From the NCBI GenBank assembly GCA_041567895.1, contig JBFGAX010000005.1, positions 1,818 to 65,817 on the forward strand: a stretch of 64,000 nucleotides of DNA. The letters are read 5' to 3'. Of this stretch, positions 1-10,108 are shown piece by piece (positions within the stretch are counted from its first letter, which is position 1; each line of letters opens with the position of its first letter). The notes under the pieces are model-generated. The model ran no database searches. It was not told the DNA's origin and saw nothing but the letters and a program-made list of their open reading frames with translations. The position numbers and the translations under genes were made by a program. Source of the DNA: Acidimicrobiia bacterium. Lineage in GTDB: Bacteria; Actinomycetota; Acidimicrobiia; Spongiisociales; SHLN01.

Positions 1-174
1 ATTCGTCATGACGACCCGCGCCTGGTCGGCAGCGGTCTCGCCGGCAGGTTGACCTGTGGCGGGGTCGAAGGCAACCTGACCGGAGATGAATACGAACCCG
101 TTGGCCTCGGAAGCAATTGAATACGGGCCGATCGCAGCTGGACCGCGTGTGACCTCTGGAAGCGAGCGGGGCAT
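1..174 (-). CDS. ridA: RidA/YjgF family reactive intermediate deaminase (runs off the window edge)
   Basis: Manual translation MPRSLPEVTRGPAAIGPYSIASEANGFVFISGQVAFDPATG... contains the RidA N-terminal signature PAAIGPYS...FISGQ; GAGG upstream; not in the ORF track. Confidence 0.85.
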   Translation of the reverse strand, partial: MPRSLPEVTRGPAAIGPYSIASEANGFVFISGQVAFDPATGQPAGETAADQARVVMTN

Positions 175-178
175 TACC

Positions 179-499
179 TCAGCAGAAGCTGTTGCCACAC
201 CCGCAGGTGCGTTGCACGTTCGGATTGTTGATGGCGAACCCGGCCCCCTGGAGTCCGTCGCGATAGTCGACTTCTGCCCCCGTGAGGTGCTCGGCGCTTG
301 CCGAGTCAACGACCACCTTCACGCCCTCGAACTCGGCGACGGTGTCGTTGGTGTCGATCTCTGAATCGAAGAACATATCGTACGAGAATCCTGAACAGCC
401 ACCTGGCCGCACCGCAATTCGTAACGCCAGCGAATCGTCGCCCTCATCGGTGATCAGTTGCTTGACTTTGAGAGCCGCTGGGGAGGTAAGGGTGATCAT
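179..499 (-). CDS. erpA: A-type Fe-S carrier (HesB/IscA/ErpA family)
   Basis: GGCSGFSY and C-terminal CGCGNSF motifs. Confidence 0.9.
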   Translation of the reverse strand: MITLTSPAALKVKQLITDEGDDSLALRIAVRPGGCSGFSYDMFFDSEIDTNDTVAEFEGVKVVVDSASAEHLTGAEVDYRDGLQGAGFAINNPNVQRTCGCGNSFC

Positions 500-674
500 G
501 TCGACGTTTCTCCAATCGGATGCATCTGACGGTTTGGCGATTCGGGTGCCGTTTCCCGGCTGTTCACCAGAATAAGCGTAGAACTTATCAGAGTATACGT
601 CGTCATTTGAGATTCTTCCTTGAGAGATCGACAGCGGGTCTCACTCAACAACGTGCGCCCGATACCATGGGGAC

Positions 675-1817
675 GTGGAATCCGTCGAAACTCGAATCGA
701 GCAAGCGTTGCGCGGCGTCATCGACCCCGAACTGGGGGCCGATATTGTCGACCTCGGCATGGTCAAACGCGTAGTAGTCACTGACGGCACCGCGACCATT
801 GGTGTTGCGCTGACAATCGCCGCCTGTCCGCTCCGCGACCAGATCGAGCAGGACGTGAAACGAAAAGTTCTTGCACTGCCTGAGATTCGTGAAGTGCAGG
901 TTGAGGTGTCCGCCATGACCGGCGACGAAAAGGCCGAGATCATGAGCAAGGCCCGATGGAAGGCTCGTGAGGACGCCGAACCCACCATGATTCACCCTTC
1001 AACCCGGGTCATCGCCATCAGTAGTGGAAAAGGGGGGGTCGGCAAGAGCTCGACCTCGGTCAATCTGGCAGTCGCGCTTGCACAACGTGGTCTCCGTGTC
1101 GGACTCCTTGACGCCGATATATGGGGCTTTTCCGTGCCGCGCATGCTTGGCATTGGAGACGTGCGGCTCGAGGCGAACGACGACGCCCAGATCGTCCCTG
1201 TCCAAGCCCACGGTCTCGACGTGGTTTCAACCGGGCTACTGATTGATGACGAAGACAAGGCACTCATGTGGCGGGGCCTCATGTTGTCGAAGGCGCTCGA
1301 ACAGTTTTTGACGGACGTCGCATGGCAAACTCTCGACTACCTCGTGATTGACATGCCCCCTGGAACCGGCGACATTCAGATGGCACTCTCGCGGCTCCTA
1401 CCGCAGGCCGAAATGGTGGTAGTGACGACTCCCCAACGGGCGGCGCAAAAGGTCGCAAGCCGCGTGGCCGATATGGCCAGACGTTCGTTCATGCCAGTCA
1501 TTGGGGTCTTGGAAAACATGTCTGGATTCACGACCGAGGATGGAAGGCATTACAAACTATTTGGCGAAGGTGGAGGCCAGGAACTCGCCGATGACCTGGG
1601 CGTCCCGCTCATAGGCCAGGTTCCATTGGATCCCTTCATCGTCGAGGCAGGCGACAGCGGCGTACCTCTGGTCATAAGCCATCCCGACAGCCCGGCCGCG
1701 GCCGCCCTCGTCAACGTTGCCAAGCGCCTCGTCGAGCTCATCCCTCCGGCCGAAGACGAGACGTGCACAGCCAGAATCGATCGATTGATCGAAGGTCTCC
1801 AGCGGATCAGCACCTGA
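675..1817 (+). CDS. mrp: Mrp/NBP35 Fe-S carrier ATPase with N-terminal DUF59 domain
   Basis: VIDPELG..IVDLG and CP (DUF59); SSGKGGVGKS P-loop; DADIWG, MWRG, DMPPGTGD, ENMS. Confidence 0.93.
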   Translation: MESVETRIEQALRGVIDPELGADIVDLGMVKRVVVTDGTATIGVALTIAACPLRDQIEQDVKRKVLALPEIREVQVEVSAMTGDEKAEIMSKARWKAREDAEPTMIHPSTRVIAISSGKGGVGKSSTSVNLAVALAQRGLRVGLLDADIWGFSVPRMLGIGDVRLEANDDAQIVPVQAHGLDVVSTGLLIDDEDKALMWRGLMLSKALEQFLTDVAWQTLDYLVIDMPPGTGDIQMALSRLLPQAEMVVVTTPQRAAQKVASRVADMARRSFMPVIGVLENMSGFTTEDGRHYKLFGEGGGQELADDLGVPLIGQVPLDPFIVEAGDSGVPLVISHPDSPAAAALVNVAKRLVELIPPAEDETCTARIDRLIEGLQRIST

Positions 1818-2031
1818 CCCGTCGTAGCTCCAACACCTCTCGCAAGTACTGTTTTCAGCCACAAAGTGTGGGGCGACACGCATGGAGCGCGAAAAGACAA
1901 AGTAGTAGAGTTCGGCACGACCACTCAGCGTGAACTATGTTGAGGCTAAGAACCGTATCGATTGCGGAGCTGACCGATACGACAAAGCGCTACGAGACGT
2001 ACGAAAAGGATGACGAGGCGAGGGGAATGCA

Positions 2032-2793
2032 GTGATAGATGACGCGGTGGCGGGCTTATTGCTCGGACTATTACTCAATGTGGTGTCGATGACGGTGCTG
2101 ATGATGATTGCCCATCGACTTCTGGCGGAGCGACCCGAGATCATGTTCATGCTCGGCATCATCAACGTCGTGGTGTTCGGAATCGCCTACACCATGCTGC
2201 ACGTTTCCCTCGGAGTCGGCGCGGCGTTTGGACTCTTCGCGTTGTTTGGCATTCTGCGGTTTCGGACGGGCACCCTCGGCGTCGCCGAGATGTCACTTCT
2301 CTTTGCAGCCCTCTCGTTAGCCGTCGTGAACTCGTCCGGTCCTTCGGGTCTCACGCTCACGGAGCTCTTTGTCATCAATGCCAGCATTGTGATGGCGCTG
2401 GCGGTCGGTTTTCACATCCTCTTCAGTCGAAATTCGGGCACGGACCTCCAGATCACCAAGGTCACCTACGACCGGCTCGACCTTCTGGCGAACGGTAGAG
2501 CTGAAGCTCTGCGACGTGACCTGGGAAAGCGCACCGGCCTCGACATCGTCGCCCTAGATATTCAAGGCATTGATCTTTCGACAAGTACCGCCATCCTGCG
2601 GATCTCTCATTCCGTTGATCCGTTGTCGGGAGCTTCGATTGCCAAAACGCCGTTCACCGAACACGACGAACATCTTGAGACGCAGCCGGACGCGGGACCC
2701 AACGGCGAGACTCGGACCGTCGTCGATCTACGGGCTCGTAGTGATCTCAATGGATCCCGAAGCAAGTCGTTCCCGCGCGACAACGGCCGCTGA
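2032..2793 (+). CDS. DUF4956-like membrane protein
   Basis: Several TM segments with the GAAFGLFALFGILRFRT motif typical of DUF4956. Confidence 0.75.
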   Translation: MIDDAVAGLLLGLLLNVVSMTVLMMIAHRLLAERPEIMFMLGIINVVVFGIAYTMLHVSLGVGAAFGLFALFGILRFRTGTLGVAEMSLLFAALSLAVVNSSGPSGLTLTELFVINASIVMALAVGFHILFSRNSGTDLQITKVTYDRLDLLANGRAEALRRDLGKRTGLDIVALDIQGIDLSTSTAILRISHSVDPLSGASIAKTPFTEHDEHLETQPDAGPNGETRTVVDLRARSDLNGSRSKSFPRDNGR

Positions 2794-2816
2794 CGCCGGA
2801 CCGACTCGGTCCCCGA

Positions 2817-3560
2817 CTACCAACTCCGAAGCGGTACGGTGCCTTCGTCCATCAAATACGAAAGATGGGTGCGAACGGAGCCTTCGGCTGCAATATGAAG
2901 GGCAGGATTGAGACCTGGATACACGAACGCACGTATGGCCTCGACGGTATCTGCTCCCGATTCGATGGCCGACACGATCTGATCGTTGCGTGTGAGCCTG
3001 TGCTCGATGACTTCCTGTAACCGGGCCCGCGGCTGCTCAATCACCGGACCGTGACCCGGATAGAGTGCATCAAAGTCGAGAGCCGACAGTCTCTCGAGCG
3101 TATCGAGGTACGCCGTCAGGTTCTCAATGATCACCGTGGATTCACCCATCAGAACGTCTCCGATGAATCCAACGCCGTCATGAGCGAACGTCACCGAGTC
3201 GTTGGTATGGCCGGGAGTGTGGATACATGTGAGCACCTCTCCGCCGACTTCAATGTCCATCTCGTCCGAAATCAACCGTTTTGCATCGAAGGGAGGATTG
3301 GGATCCATGGCGAACACCGGAGCGGCAAACCGGCTAGCCAATGACTCGGCCGCGGGAGCGTGATCGGGATGATGATGGGTGACGAGTACGCCGCCGACCT
3401 CGCGTTCACCTACGGCAGCAGCCACGTTCTCCATGTGGTCTGGCATGATCGGGCCGGGGTCGATCACCACGACCTGGCTACCGAGTTCGAGAACATAAGT
3501 GTTGGTTCCCGGTCCGGTGTATGCCGAAGGGTTGTTCGCCAACACGATCGATATCGTCAT
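2817..3560 (-). CDS. MBL-fold metallo-hydrolase (LACTB2-like)
   Basis: NPSAYTGPGTNTY, THHHPDH, TPGHT, GD, PGHG; start placed at ATG 3560 overlapping the selB stop (ATGA). Confidence 0.88.
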   Translation of the reverse strand: MTISIVLANNPSAYTGPGTNTYVLELGSQVVVIDPGPIMPDHMENVAAAVGEREVGGVLVTHHHPDHAPAAESLASRFAAPVFAMDPNPPFDAKRLISDEMDIEVGGEVLTCIHTPGHTNDSVTFAHDGVGFIGDVLMGESTVIIENLTAYLDTLERLSALDFDALYPGHGPVIEQPRARLQEVIEHRLTRNDQIVSAIESGADTVEAIRAFVYPGLNPALHIAAEGSVRTHLSYLMDEGTVPLRSW

Positions 3561-5338
3561 GGCGTCGATTGTATGACGACTCGAACATCGCCTTGTCGTT
3601 TCGTGATGCCCTTGTCGTCTAGCCACTCGAGCATCGGGACGGCATGACGTCGCGTGACGCCGAGCGAGTCACGAAAATCCGAAACCGTGAATGGCTCTGT
3701 GAACGATCGGACTCGATCGATGAGCGCCCGCAATGTGTCCGGCAAGTAGAAGACGCCATCGGCTAGCTCCTCGATCTCACCCCGGCGCACAAGTGCGTGT
3801 ACCAGTTCCCGATCAACTCCAAGGTCCGAAATCTTGCCGGGCGCGAAGCCATCGGCTTCGAGTTTTCTCCGGGCTGTTTGCCAGGCGAGCTCCTGGTCCT
3901 CACTGAACGAACCTGCGAAGTCTGCTGTCATGATCGCAGCCCCGGATTCTGACAGTTTGTCGCTCCAATCGACCATCGATTCGAGCACCGCTTGATCGAT
4001 GTCCAACCGACTCGCCAAACTGGCCTTGGGTATGCCAGGTCTCAACGGGTTCGCCTTGTGGTACGTCCGGGTGATGTCGATTGCCCGCAGCTCCTGAGAT
4101 TTGGCCCATGATCTCGAGAACAACCATTTACCCGCCGCGATGGCGTTCGTATCTGTCCCTCCTCCGGAGTGGGCTGCCAGCCGCTCGAAGGTTTCGACAC
4201 CACGTGAGTTCAACAACGACCGGGCCCGATCATCCGCGGTGTTGATGGGTGCCGAGGCCAACGAGGTATCGGGTCGTCTCGCAGGCGAGGGATCGAGGAC
4301 AAGGCCGCCGGCCACCACCATCCGTCTACCGGCGTCAAAGAGTACGAACCTATCGCCGGTTTCCGTCGGGACCGCGGCCGGAAGCGTGATCAGCGCCAAA
4401 CCGGTCTTCTCAATCGAGCCGTGCAGCGGGCGAACCCGGCACAACCAGGCACCCGATCCCAGGTGCACAGAGAACGCTCCTCGCGACGTGATCGCGTCGT
4501 CGATGTTGCGCACGGTCTCCAATTGCACCAACAGTCGTGAAGACGGCGCCCAGGCGCCGCTTTGTCCTAGCATTGCCCCTCGCTTGAGATCGTGGTGATC
4601 CACGCCCACGAGGTTCACCGCAGTTCTGTTTCCGGGAGCGACTGTCGAGCGCGGTTCGTCGTGACTGTGCAGCCCCCGAACCCGCACCTCCCGTTCCAGC
4701 GGCCAGATCCACACCCTGTCGTCTATCGACAGCGCACCACCGGTGAGGGTACCGGTTACCACCGTTCCGGCGCCCGCAACCGGAAACACGCGGTCGACCC
4801 ACAGTCTGGGCCGTTGCACATCTGATACTCCCGCCTTCGACACCGCCGCATCCAGTTCTTGCCGGAGCGCGTCGAGCCCGGCTCCGGACGTCGCGGATAT
4901 CAACACCACGGGCGAGCCCTCGGCCCCGGTGCCCGCCACCATGTCTTCAATCTCCATTCGAGCCAGCTCGGCAGTTTCACCATCGACCAGATCCACCCTG
5001 CTCAGAGCTATGACGATGTTCTCGATCCCGACGGCATCAAGCACGGCGAGGTGCTCTTCGGTCTGAGGCATCCAGCCCTCGTCAGCCGCCACGACGAGCA
5101 ACCCGACATCGATCGACTCAATGCCGGCCAGCATGTTCTTCAAGAACTTCTCGTGCCCCGGAACATCTACGAATCCGACCTCGATTCCACTCGGCAGCGT
5201 GGTCCAGGCGAAACCGAGATCGATCGTGAGTCCTCTGCGTTTTTCCTCATCCCAGCGATCGGGATCGCGTCCCGTGAGTGCAGTAACCAGCGTCGACTTT
5301 CCGTGATCGACGTGGCCCGCGGTTCCGATTACGGGCAT
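3557..5338 (-). CDS. selB: Selenocysteine-specific translation elongation factor
   Basis: GTAGHVDHGKS, EEKRRGLTIDLGF, DVPGHEKF; C-terminal winged helix FRDSLGVTRRHAVPMLEWLD. Confidence 0.96.
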   Translation of the reverse strand: MPVIGTAGHVDHGKSTLVTALTGRDPDRWDEEKRRGLTIDLGFAWTTLPSGIEVGFVDVPGHEKFLKNMLAGIESIDVGLLVVAADEGWMPQTEEHLAVLDAVGIENIVIALSRVDLVDGETAELARMEIEDMVAGTGAEGSPVVLISATSGAGLDALRQELDAAVSKAGVSDVQRPRLWVDRVFPVAGAGTVVTGTLTGGALSIDDRVWIWPLEREVRVRGLHSHDEPRSTVAPGNRTAVNLVGVDHHDLKRGAMLGQSGAWAPSSRLLVQLETVRNIDDAITSRGAFSVHLGSGAWLCRVRPLHGSIEKTGLALITLPAAVPTETGDRFVLFDAGRRMVVAGGLVLDPSPARRPDTSLASAPINTADDRARSLLNSRGVETFERLAAHSGGGTDTNAIAAGKWLFSRSWAKSQELRAIDITRTYHKANPLRPGIPKASLASRLDIDQAVLESMVDWSDKLSESGAAIMTADFAGSFSEDQELAWQTARRKLEADGFAPGKISDLGVDRELVHALVRRGEIEELADGVFYLPDTLRALIDRVRSFTEPFTVSDFRDSLGVTRRHAVPMLEWLDDKGITKRQGDVRVVIQSTP

Positions 5339-5341
5339 CGA

Positions 5342-6655
5342 TCAGCCGCAGACGGTCGCGACTGCGGAAGCGAGCATGGCGTCGTCGGCCTCGTCTACTG
5401 TGCGCACGTCGAGGAAGAGGTCGCCGTCGGATCGCCGTGTGACGATCGGCGGATCATGATCCAGCAACGAACGCCAGCGCCTATCTGTTCCGGGACCGGG
5501 AATTCGAACAACAGGTCCGACGATTTCCAGTCCGGGAAGGGTTCCTCCCCCTGCAACCGACGAGGCGGATATCACATCGCCAAAACCGTCAGCGATTCGA
5601 TCCGCTCGTTTGCGCAATACGTCTTGGGTGGCACCCGCCATCGACCACAACGGAACATCGGCTCCGTTTCCATTTGCATACAAGTCGAGCGTTGCAGCCA
5701 ATCCGGCAAGTATGCCGCTCGAGCAACGCACGGCTCTGGCGGCGGGGTGCGCACGTAGACGGTCTATCAACTTGGTCCGCCCCACAACGATGCCGGCTTG
5801 CGGTCCCCCTAGCAGTTTGTCTCCTGAAAACATCACGAGGTCGGCACCGGCTCCGACAACCTGCCGCACCCCCGGTTCGTCCTGCAACCAGTCCGGTGCG
5901 CCTCCCGGCATCCACGGTGCGGTTTGATCGAGGAGTCCGCTTCCCACGTCGGCGAAAAAGTGGATCCCTCTCTTTTTGGACAAGCGCGCTATGTCCTCAT
6001 ACGCCGCCTCGGCCACGAACCCCGAGGTCCGATAGTTGGACGGATGGACTTTGAGCACGGCAGCCGTGTCACCGTCGATCGCCCTGTCATAGTCCTCCAG
6101 ATGGGTTTTGTTGGTGGTGCCGACCTCGACGAGCACGGTGCCCGTTGCTGCCATGAGCTCGGGCAATCGATACGATCCACCAATCTCGATGAGCTCCCCC
6201 CGTGAGACCGGCACTTCGCGACCCTGGCACAGTGCAGCCAGGCTCAGATACAGACCGGCTGCGTTGTTGTTGACGACCAGCGCCGCCTCGGCGCCGGTGA
6301 GCTTGACGAGGAGATCGTGCACGTAGCCAGCCCGGTCTCCCCTCGATCCATCAACCAGCTTCAATTCTGCATTGCTGTAGCCACCCCCGACTTGCTCCAT
6401 TGCCCGTATTGCCGATTGGTGAAGGGGAGCCCGACCGAGGTTGGTGTGAAGAAGTACGCCTGTTGCGTTGATGACCCTCACGGGTTTGCGTCGTTGCCAA
6501 TCCTTGCCGTGGGACTCCGCCAGAACTACCGGATCCGACCCGTCTTCCCGCGCTTGATCGATAGCCGCGCGTGCTATTTCAACCCGGATCAGATGGGGAA
6601 GAGATTCCGGTAGCTGCCTGGAGAGAGCGTCAACCGAGGGAAGCCGATTCAACAT
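5342..6655 (-). CDS. selA: L-seryl-tRNA(Sec) selenium transferase
   Basis: INATGVLLHTNLGRAP, VNNNAA, SRGELIEIGGSYRLP, KVHPSNY, FSGDKLLGGPQAG (PLP lysine). Confidence 0.96.
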   Translation of the reverse strand: MLNRLPSVDALSRQLPESLPHLIRVEIARAAIDQAREDGSDPVVLAESHGKDWQRRKPVRVINATGVLLHTNLGRAPLHQSAIRAMEQVGGGYSNAELKLVDGSRGDRAGYVHDLLVKLTGAEAALVVNNNAAGLYLSLAALCQGREVPVSRGELIEIGGSYRLPELMAATGTVLVEVGTTNKTHLEDYDRAIDGDTAAVLKVHPSNYRTSGFVAEAAYEDIARLSKKRGIHFFADVGSGLLDQTAPWMPGGAPDWLQDEPGVRQVVGAGADLVMFSGDKLLGGPQAGIVVGRTKLIDRLRAHPAARAVRCSSGILAGLAATLDLYANGNGADVPLWSMAGATQDVLRKRADRIADGFGDVISASSVAGGGTLPGLEIVGPVVRIPGPGTDRRWRSLLDHDPPIVTRRSDGDLFLDVRTVDEADDAMLASAVATVCG

Positions 6656-6682
6656 GGGTCCAGCGTAGAGGCGAGATCGGGT

Positions 6683-6967
6683 TTAGTGCTGAGACCGGCG
6701 AATTGCGGCGGCCGCCCTGCGCCGCTCGCTCTCGGTGAACCCACCCCAGATGCCATACGGCTCACGAATCGTGAGGGCATACTCGCGACAGTCGTCGATG
6801 ACAGGGCAAACTGCACAAATGGCCTTGGCGCGCCCTTCCCGCCGTTCACGCTCGTCTTTTCGCTCAGCGGAAGACGGCGGAAAGAACAAGCTCGCCTGGC
6901 CACCGGTGCACAACGCATCCTCTTGCCATTGCCGATCGGACGCGTAGAGCACCCGTCTCTCCCTCAT
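6683..6967 (-). CDS. WhiB family Fe-S transcriptional regulator (WhiB3/WhiD-like)
   Basis: W..ALC...FFP...AKAICAVCPVIDDC..EPYGIWGG with four cysteines. Confidence 0.93.
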   Translation of the reverse strand: MRERRVLYASDRQWQEDALCTGGQASLFFPPSSAERKDERERREGRAKAICAVCPVIDDCREYALTIREPYGIWGGFTESERRRAAAAIRRSQH

Positions 6968-7076
6968 GTGTTAGCGCGGCCAACCTACCAGCCCGCAGTT
7001 GTCGACTCAAGATGAAATTCGGGCGGGTATACCCAAAACCGGTGCCTCGCGTCGACTTCGCCATAACATCGCTCGA

Positions 7077-7862
7077 ATGCGATTTCTTCGCGACGTCCAA
7101 GAGCGCTTCACACGTCGAGGGGGCCGCTATCTGGCGGCCGGCCTGGCGTTTCTCGCGTTCACTGCGCTTTTTCCGATACTGCTGGTGGCAACCGCCGTCA
7201 CGGGTTGGCTGTTTTCCCGCGACCCCGGTGTGGTGGATGGCATCATCGACACCCTGGGGCTCGGGCCAGATACCTCCGACTTTGTCACCGACTTGTTGGA
7301 GCAAGGGGAGGCCAGCGCGACAGCCGCCACCATCATCGGATTCGTAGGGATGGTCTGGACCGGGATGGGAATGGCAGGCGCAGTTGCCTATCTCTACGAC
7401 GCCTCCTGGGGAGTACCCGCCCGGGGCCTGCTCGGCCGTCTGATCGGGCTCCTGTGGCTGATCGGCGCAGGCATCTTCTTCATCGGGTCCGTTTTTCTGA
7501 CTGGCTTCTTCATCAACACACCGTGGCTGGGAAACCTGCTGGGATTCATCACCGCATTCGTCCTTTTCCTGTGGACCTCGTGGATTTTGCCGAATCGTGA
7601 CATCCATTGGCCCTCCGCCGTCATCGGTTCTGCCGTGGGTGCCACCGGATTCCAGGTACTTGCCCTCATAGGAGCAATCGTGCTCCCGCGATTGCTGGAT
7701 AGCTTCTCGAGTCTCTACGGATCACTCGGTGTCGTGTTTGCCCTCCTTGCCTGGATCTATCTCTTGAGCCGCGTCGTGACATATGCAGCCATGCTCGAAG
7801 GAACCGCCGGCAAACGAGCGCTCGGAGAACAAACGACCGAGGTATTCGGCCTGGATTTCTAG
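7077..7862 (+). CDS. YihY/BrkB family membrane protein
   Basis: LAAGLAF..FTALFP and LYGSLGVVFALLAWIY; start at ATG 7077 inferred from TAACAT 7 nt upstream. Confidence 0.85.
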   Translation: MRFLRDVQERFTRRGGRYLAAGLAFLAFTALFPILLVATAVTGWLFSRDPGVVDGIIDTLGLGPDTSDFVTDLLEQGEASATAATIIGFVGMVWTGMGMAGAVAYLYDASWGVPARGLLGRLIGLLWLIGAGIFFIGSVFLTGFFINTPWLGNLLGFITAFVLFLWTSWILPNRDIHWPSAVIGSAVGATGFQVLALIGAIVLPRLLDSFSSLYGSLGVVFALLAWIYLLSRVVTYAAMLEGTAGKRALGEQTTEVFGLDF

Positions 7863-7866
7863 AAGA

Positions 7867-8994
7867 TCAGTCGGCCGGATCAACCTCGAGCACTACACCA
7901 ACGACCCTTGTGATGAGGACAGGGTCTCCGGGGCTGAGAGTTGCGGCGCGGGCACTGGTAGCCCGCCATCGAGCGCCGTCTATCTGGATTTCACCGTTTG
8001 GATCAAACTCTGTCAGGGCAACTGCACTTCGGCCCACGAGATGCTCCCGACCGATGGTCGGTGTGGAAAATCGCGCCCGAACGACCGTCGTCATCGCAAA
8101 TACGACCCACGAAACCAATGCAAGAAACGAGAGAGCCACTCCCCACCACGGCATCTCGAGTCCAGGTCTTTCGACGATGAGCAGCATGCCACCCAGGAAG
8201 AAGCCGGCTGTTCCCAGCACACTTCGCCAGGTTGGCCTCATCTGCTGGAAATCGACAAAGAACGCGAGTGTGGCGGCGACGACCAGTGCCGCCGCCCACC
8301 ATCGTGTCGGGAGAATGGATAATCCGTAGCCGCCGAGAAAGAACAGTACGACCGAGACGGCGGCTGCAACCCCGACCCCGGCAGCGTAGAACTCAAACGC
8401 CGACACCGCCAGGGCTGCGACAAGGAAGAACAAGGCAGCGGGCGGACTCAGTGCGACCCTGAGGAAGCGATCAAGAAGTGGTGGATCATGGAAGATGACT
8501 TCGCCTACCGGTACGAGCAGATCCGGTTCAACCACCGAATTGGTAACGACATCGATGGCGGCGACCGATCCATCGGCAAGGACGATGGACTCGTCCTGCA
8601 CGAGCAGGAGAAGTCCGCGCAACCCGGGAGCTTCCCCATCTGCTGATACAGGTGGAGGGCCGTATACCAATTGCGCCGATTCGATGATCGCCAGCATTTC
8701 TTCTGTGGGCATTCGGGCGTCAGGAGCCACCCAACTCACAACCGGTAGCGGCGGAGCGGAAAGCAGGCCGGCAATCCGCCCTCCGTCTCCCACTATTGCG
8801 TTGGCATCGAACTGGATTATCGCAAGCCGACTTTCACCGGCACGCTCATGGAGCGTCGACTCTACGAAATCTGCGGTCCGTTCATCGAGATACCGCTCAA
8901 CGCGAATCACATCGATACTGCCCTCTTTGGCAGACACCGCAATGGGGCTGAGTGCGGCTACCAGGAATGCAACCAGGAAGAAGACTCGTCTCAT
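7867..8994 (-). CDS. NfeD family membrane protein
   Basis: Signal peptide, multi-TM core and C-terminal OB fold (GREHLVG..A.TEFDPNGEIQIDGARWRA). Confidence 0.82.
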   Translation of the reverse strand: MRRVFFLVAFLVAALSPIAVSAKEGSIDVIRVERYLDERTADFVESTLHERAGESRLAIIQFDANAIVGDGGRIAGLLSAPPLPVVSWVAPDARMPTEEMLAIIESAQLVYGPPPVSADGEAPGLRGLLLLVQDESIVLADGSVAAIDVVTNSVVEPDLLVPVGEVIFHDPPLLDRFLRVALSPPAALFFLVAALAVSAFEFYAAGVGVAAAVSVVLFFLGGYGLSILPTRWWAAALVVAATLAFFVDFQQMRPTWRSVLGTAGFFLGGMLLIVERPGLEMPWWGVALSFLALVSWVVFAMTTVVRARFSTPTIGREHLVGRSAVALTEFDPNGEIQIDGARWRATSARAATLSPGDPVLITRVVGVVLEVDPAD

Positions 8995-9021
8995 GACGAA
9001 GTCATCCTATGGCGGCGGTAC

Positions 9022-9507
9022 CTAGGCCGGACTGTCGATTTCCAGATGCTGCTTGAGCCGAATGAGATCTGCGCCGTTCTGCTTGGCCAGCGTTCCCCAC
9101 AACAATGGCTCGACCAACTTCATGAGCAGCCCGTTCGCTTGCGGATTGCCGCCGATCATGAACCGGCAGCCATCGTTGTGTTCGGTCAAGAGCATGAAAG
9201 AATCGATCGCAACCGGGCCGGTCAATTGCCGGTAACCGAATCGATGCGGAGGACTCCAGATCGTCACTTCGAAATTGAATTTGAAGGTATATCCCAGGAC
9301 CTTTGCCCATACTCGAAACCGGCTTCCCACCTGCGGTTCACCATCCTCGAGCCACTCGACGTTGGACATCCTGGGTCTCCACTTCGGAGTTTGGGGTAAA
9401 TCCATGACGAAGTCCCACACATCCTGGGCGGGACGACGGATCAGAATCCCGAAGCTGGGCTGATCCTCGATGCCGGCGTTATCTAGATAGAGCCTTTCCT
9501 TTGGCAT
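9022..9507 (-). CDS. SRPBCC (polyketide cyclase-like) family protein
   Basis: I.RPAQDVWDFVMD...PKW..., VGSRF, DLIRLKQHLE. Confidence 0.75.
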   Translation of the reverse strand: MPKERLYLDNAGIEDQPSFGILIRRPAQDVWDFVMDLPQTPKWRPRMSNVEWLEDGEPQVGSRFRVWAKVLGYTFKFNFEVTIWSPPHRFGYRQLTGPVAIDSFMLLTEHNDGCRFMIGGNPQANGLLMKLVEPLLWGTLAKQNGADLIRLKQHLEIDSPA

Positions 9508-9625
9508 GTTTCACATCCTCGCTCTCTCCGCTTCGATCATACGTATGGCTACGTGAGCGATCCAGGCCAGATGGTCCTGCGCCATGCCAATCCAAGGGTT
9601 CGGGGGCGGTAGTAACGTTTCGAGC

Positions 9626-10003
9626 ATGACCAACGTCCTGCTCGTGGCCGACGACATCTGGGTTTACAACGACGTTGTAGCCGCTTTGGGAGAAGCCGGA
9701 ACAACCGTCGCTCACATCGATGACCCTTCCCTCTTGACCGACACCGTCCTCGACCTCCAACCCGATGTTGCCATCATCGATCTTCAGGTTGGAACCAAAG
9801 GGGGGATGGCCATGGCTCGCACGCTCAGAGAAGCGCACGCCCTCGACGGAGCCCCCGACGTACCTGTCGTCCTTCTCCTCGACCGCTCTGCCGATGCCTT
9901 TCTTGCCAAGAGATCAGCGGCAGCCGCCTGGGTCCTCAAGCCTTTCACCGCGGCCGAACTCCGGTCTGCCCTCTCAAAAGCAGCGGCACAAGCCGCTCGC
10001 TAA
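9626..10003 (+). CDS. Stand-alone response regulator receiver domain
   Basis: VLLVADD, AIIDLQV (phospho-acceptor Asp), VLKPF; no output domain. Confidence 0.85.
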   Translation: MTNVLLVADDIWVYNDVVAALGEAGTTVAHIDDPSLLTDTVLDLQPDVAIIDLQVGTKGGMAMARTLREAHALDGAPDVPVVLLLDRSADAFLAKRSAAAAWVLKPFTAAELRSALSKAAAQAAR

Positions 10004-10031
10004 GCTCCAGATTCCCTGCGGGGAGCCACAT

Positions 10032-10108
10032 CGGGACGTGGCGCAGGTTGGTAGCGCGCAGCGTTCGGGACGCTGAGGTCGCGGGTTCAAATCCCGCCGT
10101 CCCGACCA
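10032..10108 (+). tRNA. tRNA-Pro(CGG)
   Basis: CGGGACG acceptor stem, anticodon arm CAGCG-TTCGGGA-CGCTG, T-loop GGTTCAAATCC, encoded CCA. Confidence 0.97.

Noticed and set aside
176-184. ErpA ending Cys-TGA as a selenocysteine read-through
   Set aside because: The family ends right after CGCGxSF; the downstream frame is uninformative, there is no convincing SECIS hairpin, and ridA starts 4 nt later using TGAGG as its SD
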